NCBI GenBank assembly: GCA_002104905.1
Contig: MCFE01000190.1
Location: 73,089-137,088, forward strand
Direction: 5' to 3'
DNA: 64,000 nucleotides
Source of the DNA: Basidiobolus meristosporus CBS 931.73
Lineage: Eukaryota; Fungi; Basidiobolomycota
This document shows, one piece after another, positions 61,288 through 64,000 of the stretch. Position 1 is the stretch's first letter. The number at the start of each line of letters is the position of its first letter. The translations under genes were made by a program, and so were the position numbers. Under the pieces are notes generated by a model. It was not told the origin of the DNA. It made no database searches and worked only from the letters and a program-made list of their open reading frames with translations.

Positions 61288-61636
61288 TGTTGTAAAAATT
61301 TGTATTTCCACCTAAATATTCACCTAACTTAGTCACTTAGATCATCACCTTCAAATCCTAGAGAATACTGACCAAATTCCTTGTTGGGATTTACTTAGAA
61401 TATTTTCACCAAAATGCCAGGTACCCAGAACATGAAAATTCTCAAAGTTGTCCAAACAGCCCCAAACTTTGCACACATGTTCTTGGGACCTTCCTTAACC
61501 TATTCTACGTGTTTGTAATGCCAAGACCAGGTAAAAGTATAAAAACTACTTTTACATTCAATAAACCATTAAGTGAAAACCACATAATCTACTTGTTCTC
61601 CATATCACTTCCAATATCTCCAAGACTCTTACAACA
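61288..61636 (+). repeat. 5' LTR (349 bp) of the copia element
   Basis: TGTTGTAA...TTACAACA 8-bp inverted termini, TATA-like gtataaaa at ~61537, AATAAA at ~61560, directly followed by the PBS. Confidence 0.93.
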
Positions 61637-61648
61637 GGTTATGAGCCC
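61637..61648 (+). promoter_or_regulatory. Primer-binding site complementary to the anticodon stem-loop of initiator tRNA-Met (half-tRNA priming)
   Basis: GGTTATGAGCCC immediately after the LTR. It is the same type as the PBS of yeast Ty5 and Drosophila copia. Confidence 0.88.
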
Positions 61649-64000
61649 CAAGCTGTCACTCTCTGCAATGTCTACCTCTGCTATTACTGGAATTTTTCCC
61701 TCTGCTGAAAAGTTGGATGGATCTAACTACCAAGTGTGGAAGGTGAAGATGAAGATGCTGCTACAAGAAAGAGGCCTTTGGGATATTGTCATGGGAGAAG
61801 ATTGCCCTCCTAAAAATGTGGGAGAGGAAGCCTTAAAGTACCAGAAGAAAGAACAAAGTGCCTTTAACTGCATTTGCCTTAATGTCAAGGACAAATTGCT
61901 AATTCAATGCTCAAGAGCAAAAACAGCAAAGAATGCCTGGAAAGCATTGGAAGACACCTACCAGTCATGTTCAGCTGCCAAGAAGATGTATCTGAGACGA
62001 AAATTCTTTACTACACAGATGCTGCCAGGAGAAGAAATGAAAAATCTAATTAACAGAATTACCCTGCTGGTAGATGAGATGGAATCTGTGCGCGTACCAA
62101 CTACTGATGAGGATGTGATAGTTACCATCCTGAATAGCCTGACAGGCAAGTTTCAGGGCCTTGTATCAGCCCTAGAGTCCAGAACTGAAGATTTGACCTT
62201 AAATTACGTATATGGAAGGCTCCTGGATGAAGAATTAAGAAAATCAAGCGCCAATAAGAAGGAAGAAGAAAATGCTTTAATAAGCAATGATAACCAGCAA
62301 AGGATGTACCCAAGACCCTACAAAGGCAACAGCAACCTATTTTGCAACTACTGCAAAAGGAACAGACACACATCCAACCAGTGTCTCAAAAAGAAAGATA
62401 ATCAGCAAAAGAAGCCTGAATATGGAAATGCTGCAACAACTGAAGATAGACTATTCATATCTGCACTAAATATGACCACAAACAAGGATTCTCAGACGTG
62501 GTATATTGACTCTGGAGCTTCTCAACACTTTACACACCAAAAAGAACTTTTTACCCAATATCAAGAAATTCCAATTAAGTAGATTTTCATGGGTGACGAT
62601 AGAACACTTGATGCAGTGGGAGAAGGAACTATCCAAGTAAACCTTAGAAGCAGTGAAGGAAGCCATACACTGACCTTTAAAGAAGTACTCTATGTACCAG
62701 AAATAGCCAAGAACCTACTCTCTGTAAGCAAGGCCACAGCAGAAGGACTCAGTTTCAGTTTTGACAATTCTGGATGCAGGATCACTGATTTCTGGAGTGA
62801 AAACTGATCCCCCAGCTAATTTGGAGCACTGTGAAGCCTGCATATATGGGAAACAAGCCAGACAACTGTTCAAGAGCTCTGGGTTAATCAAAACTAAGAA
62901 AAAATTAGATCTAATTCACTCAGAGCTGTGTGGACCTATGCAAAATTTATCCTTAGGCGGGATGAAGTATTTAATCACTTTTATTGATGATTATACAAGA
63001 TACACATGGGTCTACTTCATGGAGAGAAAGGAAGAAGCTCTGTATAAGTTCAGGGAGTTTAAAGCCATGGTGGAGAGAGAAACTGGTGAAAAAATCAAGA
63101 AAATACACTCTGACAATGGTGGAGAATATACCTCAAAACTCTTCATCCACTTCTGCAAAATTCATGGGATAAAGCAAAAGACTACTGTACCATACTCCCC
63201 ACAGCAAAATGGAGTAGCAGAATGAGCTAACAGATCAATAATTGATATGGCAAGATCTATGATCCATGATCAAAAATTATCCTATGATTTTTGGGTGGAA
63301 TCAGTTGCCACTGCTGTATACCTTGAAAATAGGAGTTATAACAGAATACTTCGTGCTTCTACTCCATTTGAAGCATGGTATGGATACAGACCAAGTGCAG
63401 AACATCTAAGAATATTTGGGTGTACAGCATATGCCATAAAACTGGCCGGCAATCAGTCAAAATTTGAGCCAAAAAGTGTAAAATGCATATTTTTGGGCTA
63501 CTGCAATGAGAGTAAGGCATACAGGCTCTACAATACCAAAGCAAAGAAGCTGATCAAGTCCAGGGATGTGTTGTTTGAAGAAAATTCAAAATTTTCACAA
63601 AAAATGACATCAGATGATGACAAAAATTTGATCTCAAGTCCACCAATTGTCAGGATTGAATCAGAGCAAAACAATGAAATTTTTTCACTCCAGAGGACTC
63701 TACAATTGTGGTTCAGCCAGAATCAGTGCCCAGGAATATCCCAGAAGTGATCATTCCAGTATCAAATGCCCAAAGATCCAATTGGACAAGAAATAGCCCA
63801 AATTACTATATCAATGAGGGTACAAACTTAGCCTATGCCTATTCAGTCCATATTGATGAACCCCAGACTGTAAAAGAGGCCCTAAATAGCCCTCAGACAA
63901 AGTTTTGGAGATCTGCAATGACTGGGGAATATCAGGCCCTAATGGAAAATCAAACTTGGGACTTGGTCCAAATTACCAATCAACCAAAAATCAATGGATG
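61641..64000 (+). pseudogene. Disrupted gag-pol polyprotein of the copia element
   Basis: KLDGSNYQVWK, UBN2-like gag, CX2CX4HX4C knuckle (CNYCKRNRHTSNQC), protease DSGA, integrase (SDNGGEY, QNGVAE, FGC, SRDVLFEE) and RT start EPQTVKEAL...NQTWDLV. Lesions: TAG at 62580, deletion at ~62785, catalytic D to E (HSELCGP), TGA at 63223 and a frameshift after the integrase. Confidence 0.93.

Larger units (their letters stand above)
61288..64000 (+). mobile_element. Ty1/copia LTR retrotransposon, defective, 3' part beyond the window
   Basis: 5' LTR, PBS, then gag, protease, integrase and the start of RT, in the copia domain order. Confidence 0.96.

Noticed and set aside
59273-64000. Classical RIP (CpA to TpA) as the cause of the three TAG stops in the LINE and copia
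   Set aside because: CpA and TpG remain abundant and the sequence is not TpA-flooded. The ancestral codons are unknown, and the clear signal is CpG loss.

Overview
Eukaryotic (fungal-type) genomic DNA, about 40% GC by eye. It holds 17 supportable host protein-coding genes with 23 short GT-AG introns (55-107 bp) that I traced by hand. An animal-type H ferritin, a stand-alone GalE, a 7TM-RGS protein and GPI-anchored CE4 deacetylases point to an early-diverging fungus (Zoopagomycota/Mucoromycota-like); this taxonomic call is inference only. Genes in order: Pcl-type cyclin, ferritin, a 1234-aa SUN-domain protein with unusual luminal repeats, EI24-family protein, MOT1-type molybdate transporter, CE4 deacetylase 1, GalE, 7TM-RGS, ATF/CREB bZIP, small 2-TM protein, S1/P1 nuclease, GPR1/FUN34/YaaH transporter, Cys-rich type I membrane protein, CE4 deacetylase 2, ankyrin protein, PNS1, alpha-arrestin, thioredoxin and NRAMP. 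One 349-bp Ty1/copia LTR family occurs at least 10 times, as a rearranged cluster at the left end, solo LTRs, nested fragments and the 5' LTR of a decayed copia element that runs off the right end. A decayed LINE RT lies between two inverted LTRs. The most notable signals are: the SUN protein's pentamer and 11-mer repeats; near-total CpG loss confined to the transposon block; an LTR-derived element with inverted termini; an LTR reading frame open in frame with gag; and candidate iron-response motifs upstream of ferritin. No tRNA, rRNA or CRISPR array was recognised. All counts and alignments were done by eye.
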